From Catajapyx aquilonaris (taxonomy: Eukaryota), in NCBI GenBank assembly GCA_000934665.2, contig JYFJ02003248.1:1-44556 (forward strand): 44,556 bases of DNA. The letters run 5' to 3'. Within the stretch, counting starts at the first letter, position 1. Each line of letters begins with the position of its first letter. The position numbers and the translations under genes are program-made. Positions 22,335-35,186 of this stretch are shown here, one piece after another. The notes beneath the pieces were generated by a model that did no database searches, was not told where the DNA came from, and saw only the letters and a list, made by a program, of their open reading frames with translations.

Positions 22335-25300
22335 GTAAGAGCCTTCAACTTTTAACAAGTGTCAGCTCCAACTCGTTTGGTGTTTATTTAGCGATGAAAG
22401 AAGTCTGGCGTTTGTCCAGAATGATACCATCTCGTAACTCAGACTAAAATAATCAAATGGTGTGAGGAAGTTATAACCAGACTGGCAGACCATACGCAGA
22501 AATCGATATAAATTACCTCCAACACTGTCTGCAGTTGTGCTCACAAAGGATTGCAAAATAACGGAAGTGTGTACACAATAGTACAATGTTCATTTTTTTT
22601 TTGAAATGAAAAATATAACGTGGTCTAGAAATTGCATTTGCATACAGTCACGTAAATTCTGAATCTCCTCACGCAAAACCTGGAATACAGATCGATCTCC
22701 CCCAGAATATTATTATGAACGGTAACGAAGTCAGATTACGCCACTGCCCTGGGTCATGCATTTTTCACCACATGTGTGTACAGTTGGAATTGGGGAACCC
22801 GAGCTTGATTGTGCCCACATTTTGTGAGTCTCCCATGCTGCTGCGTTAATTTCCCTCCAGTCATTTTTCAGCCTATGCATTGGGCAGAGTTACTATGCTC
22901 TCACGCTTCCCAGAAAATTACTGCTTGGAAAAATGGAGATTATAATTTATCATATATGATGGCCAAAATGACAATCTATTCTGAGTGGATTTTTTTTCCC
23001 ATGTTATATCCACCTTTGTTTTAAAATATTGGTTCAAGGAATTTACAATAGTGACAGGATATCTTGCAGTTATGACTCACCATGCAAGGTGAAGAAAAGA
23101 AAATTCTGATATTTTTCTATGCAAGATGTTACATCTCTTTAATAGAAGTGATTATATCTGGCCAGATGCGATCGACCCTTTCATAATTTCATATCTGTTG
23201 TTGCTACGTTTCAGGATTTATTGGTCCATTTCCACAACGGTTGTTATTAGCATAATTCCATATTCATGCGAACTCCCTGTTTTGTTGTAAAAATTATCAA
23301 GTTGGATTAAACAGGGTGTTGCAAAAAGATACCGACATAAACGTTTAGAGTAACCCAGTGGAACCATATACGACATCGTTCTACAGCTTGAATACATGCT
23401 TGAACAGTTATGAACGGTGTTACGTTGTAATAGATAATTACTGAGATATCAATAATTACACTTGGTGTGAAAATGGTATACCATGCAATTTTCTTTGCAC
23501 ATCTTGCATAAGCCTGCCTCAAAGACAGTTTAGTTTTGCCCCCGGTGTCTGTTCGGATACATATCTTCCAGGATATGGCAAAGAGCCCATCTTGGTAACT
23601 ATAGGCTGCTCAGAATAATAACCAACCTCCCCTACTTAAAGGGATCCTGTCTCGCACAAGGTCACTCTAAAAGTTTATCAGTTTCTTTCTGAAACACCGT
23701 GTACTTTTTTTCCCTGCTTCAGTCCTGCTTTTGTAGTCTTGCAAAAATAATGTCGAATCCCGTAGGGCGCACGCAATTGTGCAAACTAACAGGGCTTTTC
23801 TTTTCAAATATTTGGTACATCGGTTGCACATCAGATAATGAGGCAACTCTACAGGGTGTTCATGAATTCATCTACCAAAATCGTCATTCAGAAGCCAATT
23901 AAAAACTACGAGATGGCACGCAAAGGTCATAAATAAGAAGTCCCACTATAAGATGTTCAAGAACCAATATCACGTCTGTTGGCTCAAACTTTGGCAATAC
24001 TTCTGGGAGCAGGGCAGGGACAAAATTGTGTTCCGTGCCGCAATCGACGTTAACCGGATTATAAGCTTCTCCTGCCCTTTCCTGCTCGATTTTGTCCCTC
24101 TCACACACCTTCCCTGCTGTACCTTCAGTGAAGCAGCAGAACCAGCGGAACGTGTCATTTGCACTGCATTTTACTTGCGATGAATGTGTACTTCATTTTA
24201 GGACCTCGGATAAGAGGATTACCCAGGGCCTCTGCATAAATTATCTCGGAAACTTTGTCAATATTATTACACATATTTTCAGACCTTGCGAGACGAAAGC
24301 GTTTAATCTAACAGCAGTAGCCCACAGGTACACACAGAGGTTAAGAGCTAATGTAGGTGGTCTTGCCTCGCTTGTCTTTCACTATAGTTTTAGAACTCAG
24401 AAAATATTGTTGCACTTTAAAAGCTTTTCTTTTTCAGCCAGAAAGAGGTGGAATGTATTCCTGTCATGGCCTGCTTTTAAATTTTGAAGTGGCCTAACCA
24501 ACCTCATCTTTTGGGGACGCATTTCAAACCCGGCAGGCTCATATACTTTACTGTGACCTTTCGTATGCACTGCATGCTCAATTACTTACATACGTTTTTC
24601 TATTTTTTGTGGCTTGTTGAATAACTGCTGTCGCTTTCGGGATGACAATAACCTCACAATTTGAATGAAATGTAACACAAGCCATGCATGACCACATTAC
24701 ATTCGCAATATTGCTGCCCCAAGGAATTGTCTTTCAGTATCAGATGGCTGCATCAGAATTACAGGTTGACTTTTCTCCCTTTAAATTATTCTAGCATCCT
24801 ATACTTAAAATTGCCCTATGTTGAGCTCTTATAATAATTAATCCAAGCTTATTACTTGCACGGTAATGATCAGAGGAGATTAAAAACTTGAAGGATTATC
24901 TCTCCCATGTACTTGATTTTGTAATTAAGTTCATCTCACGTTAACTAAACGACTGACATTATTATACCGACAATCCGAAATTCCCGAGTTGAGCGCCGCG
25001 CCGCCCTTATGCGACGCTTTACTTTCAGAAAACCACATCAAACCAAGCAATACGACCCAAATATCTAGGTATTTGTTTTGAGTTGTGCTTACTATACCCA
25101 AGACAGGTTCAGAATCTACTTGCGGACGAGCTAGGCAGATTAATTTTGGGATTAGGCCGGCTTGTGGCCTGAGGCATCAGCGTTAATAACCGACGAATTA
25201 AATTTTCTTCAATAATGGTGGATGTGTGCCTAAGGGACATTTTCCACAAATTTCCGCGACTACAGCACCTTTCCCCGATTATTTACGGGTAAAAGGGTCC

Positions 25301-26627
25301 AAACCAAATATTTTGACAAGAGAATTCCTATTTGGATGTTGTTCACTAATGATATGCAAATAGTAGGCTACTGTGCTAGAGAAGGGCTGAATACACCCCA
25401 GGCTATTTTCAGAGATAGTTTATATGCGATGGTCAGTGTTTTGACAGTAAGCATGAAGCACTAGCTCGTTATCTGAGTATATTCTGATAGCATAGAAAAT
25501 GGATTCAGTTTCATGTCCCCTTGTTCAACCGTTGTTTGTGCTGCCATTTTGCAAATATCGTTTAGGACACCCACCTTCCACTAGATGGCCGTGGTGGTAG
25601 ACCTGGATGGGAGGCTATATATTGCAGGAGAGTCGTGAGACAGCCGGAGACGAGGCTAGTTTACATTACTCTTTGTGACATCTGGCACAATCTTCTTCCT
25701 TGCTCTTGCCAGTTCTTTACTAACCCTCTGCATACCGATGGGTGAGAGACGGATTTCCTGACAGCATCAGCATTTGAAAAGCAGGCTCTCTCGGAATTCC
25801 AACTCTCAAACTGGGGCCAATGTGCTCCTTCTTTACCGTGTTTGTTTACCTCCCTGCTTCTCGACTTGGAACAGTAAATGCCTTGTGCACACTTGGTTTA
25901 TTAGGCTCCTGACGTCTCAAGTACCTCTTTTTTTTCTTTTACCCCATTCCAGTCCGCCTCCAGAAGGCTCATTTCAGTTAGAAACATCGCCTTGCAGCAA
26001 GGTGCAGGTTCAAATGTGAAGAAACAGACATTTCGAGGCGAGACGCGAGTTAGTTTGAGTGAATCATGATTTTCTTGCGCCAGAAGGTTTGAAATAGCAA
26101 AAAAGCCATTCCAACTTCTTTCCATTACTTTCCTTCTGTAATACTGTAGCGCAACAAACTGTGTTAAGAGCATGTAAGTAGTAGAATTGAAACAGATAAG
26201 CACTGTACACTGATCAAATATTGGAAAGTAACATCCAAGCAGTTATTTGCCCGTCTCTGCTCTAATATTTGATCATTAATGGGCGGCTGTTTGGTTTGCT
26301 TACATGCCCACTTTGACTACAATGTAACAAAAAGGCCAAGCTCATATTGCCGCCTCACTTTTAAAAACACAAGTTGATTAATTAATATAACACTCTAACT
26401 AGCAGTTTCACTCCTGATCCGGCAGCGAAAATGGTAAATATTACCCTGTAACACATTGTAAACGCAGTATATAAAAAAATCTAAACTGAACAAAACAGGC
26501 TAATAAAAGCAGAGTTTGAATATGGGCGTCCACAGTAATGGACCTTTTATGCTGCTGGGTAAGGCTTTTCAGGCGTTTTCAGGGCTTTGTGTAAACCAGC
26601 CATGTCGGCATTTTCCTCTTCCCCCAG

Positions 26628-26822
26628 GTGGCAGTCAACGCCGTTTTCCTGATGGCAGCCAACGGCGCTGGATTTTACCACCGACAAATGACCGAAGCCG
26701 GACATCGACGGACATTTTCCGGGACCAGAACTTTCCTCGAATCCAGAGTCAAATTGGAATGCGAGAGGGAACAGCAGGAGCAACTTCTACTCAGCGTTAT
26801 TCCGGCCTATATTGCAGCTGAG
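26628..26822 (+). CDS. Ac76E: Adenylate cyclase exon, TM6 and helical/coiled-coil domain (VAVNAVFLMAANGAG...ESRVKLECEREQQEQLLLSVIPAYIAAE)
   Basis: cttcccccag acceptor and gttagt donor; 195 nt, phase 0/0; conserved QEQLLLSVIP motif. Confidence 0.95.
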
Positions 26823-27832
26823 GTTAGTTCGCCACTTCCATGGCTTCCTCAAATGAATAGACCAGTCCTGGTCGCCATGTTTGACCGGAACAGTGGTTGG
26901 TGTAAGAAGAAAGACTGCTCGGAAATGTGTTTTTTTGAATTGAACAGGCTGAAAAGTTGTAACTTGTTATGGTTCGGATAGTTATATCTTGACGTACAGG
27001 GTTTGCACTCACCAAACAACAGATCAGTGACCTTTCCCCCGTTTTTGACAGAATGTTGGTACACACAAAGAGAATGTGGCGAAATTTTTCGGGCATTAGC
27101 TCACATGACACGTCATGTCATAGAATCCAGGCAGGTGGCTTTATGGCGGAAATTGATTGTATTGCCTTGGGTCTTCTTCCTGTCAAATGATCGCTTAAAA
27201 TGAATTTTCAGCCGTTCAAAACTCCATTAACGCTTCCCTCCGAGATGAATATCCGGCGGCGATATTCAGATTCGTGTTACTCACGCTTTGAAATCATTAT
27301 AGAAAGGAAGAAGAGGACCGGTTTCATATACATAGCCACTCTATTTTCAGATAAAGTTGAGGAGGAAAAGTTGGTTCTCATTATTTTCACTTCGTGGTGA
27401 GCTTCAGGAAAGAGTGTCATGCCTTAGGATAGTGCTTCCACTATTAATGACAGTATCGTTAATGTAATGAATACAGTTCTTATTTTAATTGCACAAATGG
27501 CTACATATACTTTCAGACAAATAATGTAATATAACACTAGTTGTTTCATACATCCTGTGAGTGCCACTGCTTGCGGCTCATTCCTCATTTGCCTCATGCG
27601 CCATAATTATGTACTGGCACAGTTGCACCATATGATATCATATACCATGGGAAATGTGCCATGAATAATAGGCCTACTGAACATTGGCCGATGAAGATTC
27701 TGCGGACAAGTGCAGTATACACACAGCGTAACTATTTCCGCAGTTTATTTTCTATATATTAACATAGAATCACAATACAATGAGTAAATGACACTGACTG
27801 TGAGTGAAACCTGGGTATACCGGAATTCATCG

Positions 27833-27907
27833 GTGCCTCAATATTTTTCCACTTGTACAATCCGCTATATAGTGTGCTACTAAACTACGGAACAAAATAT
27901 GAGGCAC
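27833..27907. repeat. Short imperfect inverted repeat, possibly a MITE remnant
   Basis: gtgcctcaatatttttcc pairs with ggaacaaaatatgaggcac. Confidence 0.5.
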
Positions 27908-29592
27908 AGAGGCACATGAACAAGGTTTGTTCCACGTCCGTGCAGCGATTTTACGATAGTGTCGAATTTGTGTGTCTTGCCGCCACATTTACCCAGCCTG
28001 ATCCTGGGCGATTTTTTTCAACAGCTCGCGCCTCGGCGGATATCTGAAATAGCTACAGTATAAAAGAAAACTACAACTGAGTACATGCTATGGGAGATAC
28101 TATCTTGCTGCCAGACCCGTGAAAATTTTCTGCAATATGCAAGTCTCGGCTATATCCGGGGTTAGCAATAGGCATGTTACATTGTTGTACTTTCCATCGT
28201 GTACTGAGGTGTAAACTGGAGATATGTTAAATTAACTACACATTCTACACTGTACAAGTAGCCTACAGTAAGGCATGGTTTATAGTGTGTTAAAGTGGAA
28301 CTACACAAATATCGTCATACAGTAAGTAGAGTAATAACACCTCATCAAGCACCTCAGTATTTTGAACACAGAACAGGTACAAAACATTTCTTGCAAAAAT
28401 TTAAAAATCGAATATGGTATTTTATCTCAATATACTGTACTGTATATACAGTACATTGGATGAAGAAATGTCACTGAAATTGAAACCAATCTATGGTACT
28501 GCAGTAAAATGGACGGTTGTACAAATTCATTCCAATAACAACAATGTTATTTACAACTGACAATTTACAACAATTTACAATGGAACCTTATGGGCCTTCG
28601 ATATTTAAAATTGGAATAGCTCATCAGTGTCACCTGAGGTGGACCTTGATGGTTCTTCCCCCCAGGTAAATAATATTATGGCCTATTCCCTAAACTTTTT
28701 AATGTTACTCAGTTCGTGCCTCCGCCTATAGGTTCCCATACCATTTCCTGCACACGTGATTTGTGCTAAAATTATTATATTCACTTTTTGCCGGGTGTGG
28801 ACATAATCCTTTGGCATACTTTGAACGCTCCTCGATATGCCATCAAATGGGTTAATTGCACTAGTTTTACGTTGCCATTACATAATATATTATGTAACAA
28901 TATACTTTCCCCGAAAATTGGACGGTTTCAGCATTCCAAACGAACCTTGATTGTAAACAAAGGTTTTCGTGTCTGATTCCTAGTATTGCTTTTCGCATGT
29001 CGAGACATGTCACATTCCATTCCAGGCTTGTCCAAAAAAGCACTTCCCATTGACCGATGTTTTGTATGTGGCTTTAGAAAGTTGCTGAGCTGCAGGCAAA
29101 TCGGTTCCATGTCAAAATCGACAATTCAGCATGCCTAGTTAACTTTAATGAACTTTCAGTCCCATAAGTACAGATTTTATATGTTGGTTATGAGTAACTT
29201 TGAAACGTTATTTGCATGTGAACTAACAAGGTAACGAGAAAAAGGCATCTAAATATAGATTCTCGCTGGCATTATGCGAAATGAATTCCATTCGGAATAA
29301 TTTGCATTGGACAGGATCTTTCCGTTCGCTGAAATATGGGAGAGGAGATAATGAAACGGTCGCATAATTTAGATTTCGAAAGCGAGCGTAGGTTTCCTGG
29401 GACTGTAGTTATAGCCTCCGGCTGGTTTGGATAATAAATGATGGAAAGAAGGTTGGATCAATCCCAGCTTGCTCCAGTGCGTTTCTCAATGCTTTGTTAT
29501 CGTTCAAGTCTTACAGCAAGTCTTACAGTACAGGTTTTAAGTGATATTAGTTTTAAAACTTTTCTTATGGCCCTGGCCACATTGTACTTTAC

Positions 29593-29674
<82 letters not shown>
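29593..29674. repeat. (AAT)n microsatellite, about 27 units
   Basis: Uninterrupted aat repeat; it is the source of the poly-Asn pseudo-ORF at 29541-29747. Confidence 0.97.
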
Positions 29675-29676
<2 letters not shown>

Positions 29677-30175
29677 GGATAACGGGGGAAAAGTTATACT
29701 GTATTGTTTACGTTAACCGACACTGTACAGTATATTATCTCAAATAGTATGCTAACCTGGGCCTGCCAACTAATGGAAGCATATTTATGTAATGTAATGT
29801 ACAGTACCCTAACTGGATGATGGAAGCATAATTTATATCCACTACACTGATGCGACCTCGATTTATTAGGTCGCATTACAGGTCGACAAATAAAATAAAA
29901 TAATTTAAGTTCATTACAACATACTATAATTATTATACTGCTGAACTACGCTGAGTTATACTGTAGGCCTACTGCACAGTTTCCTGCACTGTATATGAGC
30001 ACTTAAATTAATCATGTAACTATTCTACGTCGTAATATTCCTACGTCGTAAAATACGCTATCCGATTCCGGCATCAAACACGGGACATTTGAAATGTAAG
30101 GCTGTGGCGGTAGCTATACTACACCACCTTGCCGCTATCACTAATATGATTTAGTTTTTTCCCATAAAATAACGA

Positions 30176-30517
30176 TTTTTTTTTACGTTACCCCGTGATA
30201 AGGCTGAGCCTTTTTAGGGGGGTGGAATACCACCATTTCACTCCATTTTCTGAATTAACTTCATACACCGGTGCAAGGAGACAAGGATGTAGGGTAGGGG
30301 TAGGGATTTTTGGGGAGGGAACATAGGTGCAAGTGCAAGATCTGTAAAGGGGTCATGTGCTGTTCCCCAGGAGGTTAGGTTGCCAGACACCTCCTTGGTG
30401 CAGGTCAGAGACCCTCCTGACGCAGGTGAAAGGAAAGTTCCCCAGGCGGGGATCGAACCTGGGGCCTTTCACACAGCAAGCCGAGACGTTACCATCACGG
30501 CCACCACACCTCCCCCC
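30176..30517 (-). mobile_element. Full-length tRNA-derived SINE (about 340 bp) in a cyclase intron
   Basis: On the minus strand: box A-like TGGCCGTGATGG, box B GGTTCGATCCC, a structured body, and a 3' end GGGGTAACGT(A)n. It is flanked by the 18-bp direct repeat cccataaaataacgattt (30161-30178 and 30515-30532), which partly overlaps the element ends. The head recurs at 10582 and the tail at 332-539. Confidence 0.9.
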
Positions 30518-33500
30518 ATAAAATAACGATTTCGTGACCTAAAAATTAGTCTTAAATAGTTAAAGAAAACCGTAGCCTACTCTCACGGTATCCGTTATAT
30601 GTAACAAACATCGCGTCTGGTATAGCTCAGACAAGGCTTTTGTGCTTCAGGATCAAAGAACTCCACCTATATCAAAATGACAGTGTAGAGTATATTTGCC
30701 AGGTTTTTTATATAAAAAAATCCACACAGGCTGCGGATGGGGTTGAAGGGAAGGAAAACTCTGTCTGACTCTCCCTGAAGGGCTCGGGGAAATTGTGGAA
30801 ACCAGAATGTAATTTTGAGGAAGGAAATTGAAATTTAGGAGTGCCCTTGAAGAGATGACCACTCGTGGGGATGTTGAGGCCACCGGTCTAATGGGATTCC
30901 CGCCAAGGAAAATATTGGTAGAATTCCAGTAACGATTGGAACCTCCTTCCATGCACTCCAAACCCATCATGAATGCTTGTGCGAGCAAATATGTGGGGGA
31001 AATACCGCCGTTTTATTGAAGCTCGAGTTCAGTTAGGAACGTATTAAATCCATGCAAAATGCACAAATGAGAGGCTTTTACGATTTTTAGACATCCGTTT
31101 TTTGAATCGTAACCTTCTGTCAGAATGATGTGGTGTGCTGCTTCTCTTTGAACTGGTTGCAAGGCTACTCAATTCATAACATGTCCTCTTACGCCTCTCT
31201 GGAAATGTTGACTTGGGCAATGCATGCATAATCCTGAATACGCAGGCCTTATGAGAAACTACAATATTTATAGCAAATGTGGCTACCACTCCCGGCTAAA
31301 ATAAGCATGACTGCATTAAAGTGACTGCGAGAGAACTACTGGCCTGCGTCTTAAGGAAAAGGTATTTTCTCTATTTATGCAAAGAGCCAATTCCAGCAAA
31401 ATACCACTACTCTATTTGTCACTGTCATGAAAATATAATGACAAATACAATGCGAGTGGTGTACGTTTCACATCATTTTGAAAATGTTATTCGCATTTTG
31501 TTTGCTTCTGTAACGTATACATTTTGTAAGCGACATGAATTATGTAAGGCACTTAACTTTACTTATAGGCTTCCACGATATTCGATCAAACAGTGCATTG
31601 TTGACCCATGAACCACCCCTGCTGAATTGACACTGACTGCTGCTGGGAACAAATTATGGAGCCAATGCAAATGAACTTGTAATAGCCACTTAGTGCTGGT
31701 ACAGTATTGTCCACACCTGTACATATCTATTAAATTTTACCTTCCACACAACAATTTCACATTTTCTGAATATTAACTTTTATTTTTCCAGATTTTTCAC
31801 TGAAAAATATAGGTACACGATAGTAGGAGTGTATAGTACTCACACTTTTATGTCCTGAGCCCAAACTGTTCTAGTGTTTGACCAAGTGTCTCCTCGCCAT
31901 CCCAACCGTATAGGAAATGCAACTTGGAACACGAAACCTAAAATTCTCGAGCAGGTCTCACTTTTCTGCAAACTCCCTTAGTCAATATTAAATCCTGGTC
32001 CTTACACGTCCCTTTGGTCTTCCACTTGAATTTGTGAGCCGATTCCTTTCCTTTACTATAGCTGAAAGGCAGAATTCCCGTTTCGGAAAGATGTCGAGAG
32101 GATTTGGGTGGAGCGGAGGCAGACCCGGAAAGTTGGGGAAAAAAAAGAGGAGCTGAATAGATTTTGCACAAAGAACAGAATGCAGATTAACATATGGTTT
32201 GCTGAGCAGCTTCAATGAAAAATCCTTGTATGTGTTTGAAGCGCTTTGATGATTTTTCAGCTGGTCGTTGCTTATTATTGTACTTGTGCCATATGCCTGC
32301 GTCAGATCTAGATACCACTACAAGCATTTTTTTTGCATATGTTTCATGCTGATAGGAACACGCGATAAATTAGTTTCGATGCAATGCCTTTGAGAGGAAA
32401 TATGAATGTTTTTGACATTCAAGTGATTCGGGCTGGTAGCCTACTGAAACACATTCAAAATACCATGCTACAATGTTCCATTACCTTAACTTTGAACTTT
32501 TAACATTGTCCATAATGCTGCTAGTAGTAGCATAAAACTTGTCGATAATTTAATGGTGGTCCTAGTTAAACCTCCATCCCCAATTCTTACAGTACAGACA
32601 ACAAAGCGCAGTTTGAACTGCAATATTTCTGCTGATTTTTTTTTTCTGTCAATTCATGATAAGCAGGGTACACTTTTCGAATTTATTGACATGTATTGCC
32701 TATAATGGGGCATATTCAGATGAGATCGTGTACAGCGCGTTTCAAAGGATCTTACTCGATATCCGAGCCGATATCCTTGTCAAAGCTGCAGCGGATCCCG
32801 CTATATCCCATACGAGCTTGCTGAGTGCAAACATCATGTCAAGGCCAGCATACAGTACCATGCTAACCCGAGAGTCGTGATGGATAATTTTCAATGAAAA
32901 ACTGTTTACTCACTTTCAAAAGTCTACTATTACAACTGCTGCACGGTTTGATATCATCACACCATTATCGTGGATGTTTCGAACTTTCTGATAACCTTGT
33001 TTAACACTCAGGTTGGTGAAGGAACCTGTAGCCATTTACTAGAATGAATAATTACCCAGATCCCAAAAATGATATCTTGATGTGATGGTCAGGGACAACA
33101 AGACAGCGAAAGGGTTTTAAAAAACGTTTATATTAATTTTCTGTACTCTACAGTATCCTATTCCTGCCCAATTTACATAACTTTAAAAGGTGTTAAAACA
33201 TTCAGTAGTCATTAGGACGAGACAAACTTGGAGTTATACATCAGCGTTGGTTATTCATATACCTTCCGTGGGTCGGAAATTGCGTGAACAAGTTGATTAC
33301 CGAGGGCAACAAAGGGAAATGTGACGTTTATTATACATGGCTGTTCTGTACTCAGTACCCTGCGAGATGATGGAGAATTGTAATAACATCAGGCCTGGAA
33401 GGGCTCCAAAGTGACTCGGAGGAGTGCAAATGAAACGTGTCACGCGCTGGTTGAGAAGCCATACATAAGTTATGGTCACAGCAGCCTGAGCCAGCGACTA

Positions 33501-33556
33501 TAACACGAATTCATGCTCTATCATTTATTATGAATATCCTTTTTAACTTGTTGCAG

Positions 33557-33660
33557 GTGAAACGGAGCTTGATGCTCAAAATGGCAGATGCTTGTCAGGA
33601 GAAAGGAAGCAAACCACCTCGCTTCCACGAAATGTATGTTCAGCGCCACAATAATGTCAG
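33557..33660 (+). CDS. Ac76E: Adenylate cyclase exon, start of C1a (VKRSLMLKMADACQEKGSKPPRFHEMYVQRHNNVS)
   Basis: ttgcag acceptor and gtaagc donor; 104 nt, phase 0/2. FH.MYVQRH.NVS motif; VKRS.MLKMADACQ is typical of arthropod AC2/Ac76E as I recall it. Confidence 0.95.
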
Positions 33661-35074
33661 GTAAGCATTGTTTTGACATATGACTGTACAAAAAAATTGG
33701 CGTAATTTTTGAAAATGGGGGCTGCAAATCCCTATCTGCACTTATATTTTTCTGCACAATTTTGGGCAAAATGGTGTGGAATCAACAACGAGTTGACACA
33801 AGAACGCGATCAATCACCGTCAGCCACATCAACGAGGAAAATGGTGTTATTATGCAACCGCGAAACGTGACTTTGATTAATGGAGACACCGGTGATGACA
33901 CATTGTACCTGGACGGTAATTTAAACACTGCCAAGGATTCGCACAAAATTGCGTAATAGGTAGCAGGGTGGAATTTCAAAAGCAACCCACATGAATCATA
34001 GACTTTCCATTGATTTTTTGACCCACTCAAGAGCTATTGTTGGTTGTAATGGACGTGCTTTACACGCTACAGTGACCGCTAGAGCAAACACAACTACTCT
34101 GTTGAGCATGGCTCATATACTGTATACAAGCCCCCTAGACGATCCATTCTGTGATGTTTAACGCGAAAGGAGGTTTGCAGCTGTTGATAACAGTTACTGC
34201 ATCCATTTAATGTTATTAGGGCCCCAGCTCTCGAATTTGCAAAGGCCTTTCGGATGCGGTCGGAGGAAGCAGTAGGGGATACCTCGCAATGACAATCAAA
34301 TGCAGAAGTTGAGACACAAGGCTCCTAATATTTGCAAAGTTTCGTGCGGAACAATTTAGAACTGGAGTAAATTCCGCACTAATTAAAGCTAATGAGACGA
34401 GTAAAACTGTTGGCCTAACCTTATTGCAAGTGCTGTATATCTTATTCCTTCCACTCGCTGAATCAAATGTACTCTGGCTGCTTTGACTCTCTGATAGCGT
34501 CTGGCTTGCTTATTTTCACAACTTGAACGTTCAACATCAGATATTCCGCAGGAGTACACATGTGGGCGACTGAGAGTTCATTTGATATTCATTCGATTTT
34601 AATTTTTAATTTTTTAATTATGACCATGTTTTTTGATTCCACTGTAAAATTGCATGCATTATTGTCGTACAGTGTAGAATATTGCCTAAAGCAACAATAA
34701 CACACGATGCGTGTATGAAGAAGACAAATCCACTTAAAATATGGCAAGTTCTGAAAATGCATTACAACCATATAGAGCTTGTAATGCGCGGTACAAATAT
34801 AGGATGGCATTTAATATCATCAAGAGAGACATTTCTGTCCTGAAAGTAGAACGATACACCTTCCTGTAACAAGATTTGGCCTCCTTAAATGCCCCCAAGT
34901 GCTGCAAGGTAAATTCAATTTGAAGTCGCTCCAGTGTGGCTATCCCCTTATTGAGTTACCGGTATCTCATAGCTGGTGCCGCGAAGTTGAGATCTATAAC
35001 CTTATGGAATTGGTTTTTGTTTTCATTTGTATAGTTTTACTGGTAAAGTTCGCTTGAATCTTTTGTTCTTTCAG

Positions 35075-35186
35075 CATTCTTTATGCAGACATTGTGAACT
35101 TCACTCCACTTTCTGAGAAGTTGAGTGCATCTGAGTTGGTCCACACCCTCAACGAGCTTTTTGGAAGATTCGATCAGATCGCTCAG
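35075..35186 (+). CDS. Ac76E: Adenylate cyclase exon, C1a with first metal-binding Asp ([37 protein letters not shown])
   Basis: ttctttcag acceptor and gttagt donor; 112 nt, phase 2/0; class III cyclase motifs ADIV.FT and LNELFGRFD. Confidence 0.97.

Noticed and set aside
25628..25745. Possible alternative transmembrane exon (TLLFVTSGTIFFLALASSLLTLCIPM followed by gtgaga)
   Set aside because: The hydrophobic frame is closed by upstream stops, it has no good acceptor, and its phase does not fit the flanking exons, which already join cleanly.
29541..29747. Poly-Asn protein ORF
   Set aside because: It is the translation of the (AAT)n microsatellite inside an intron.
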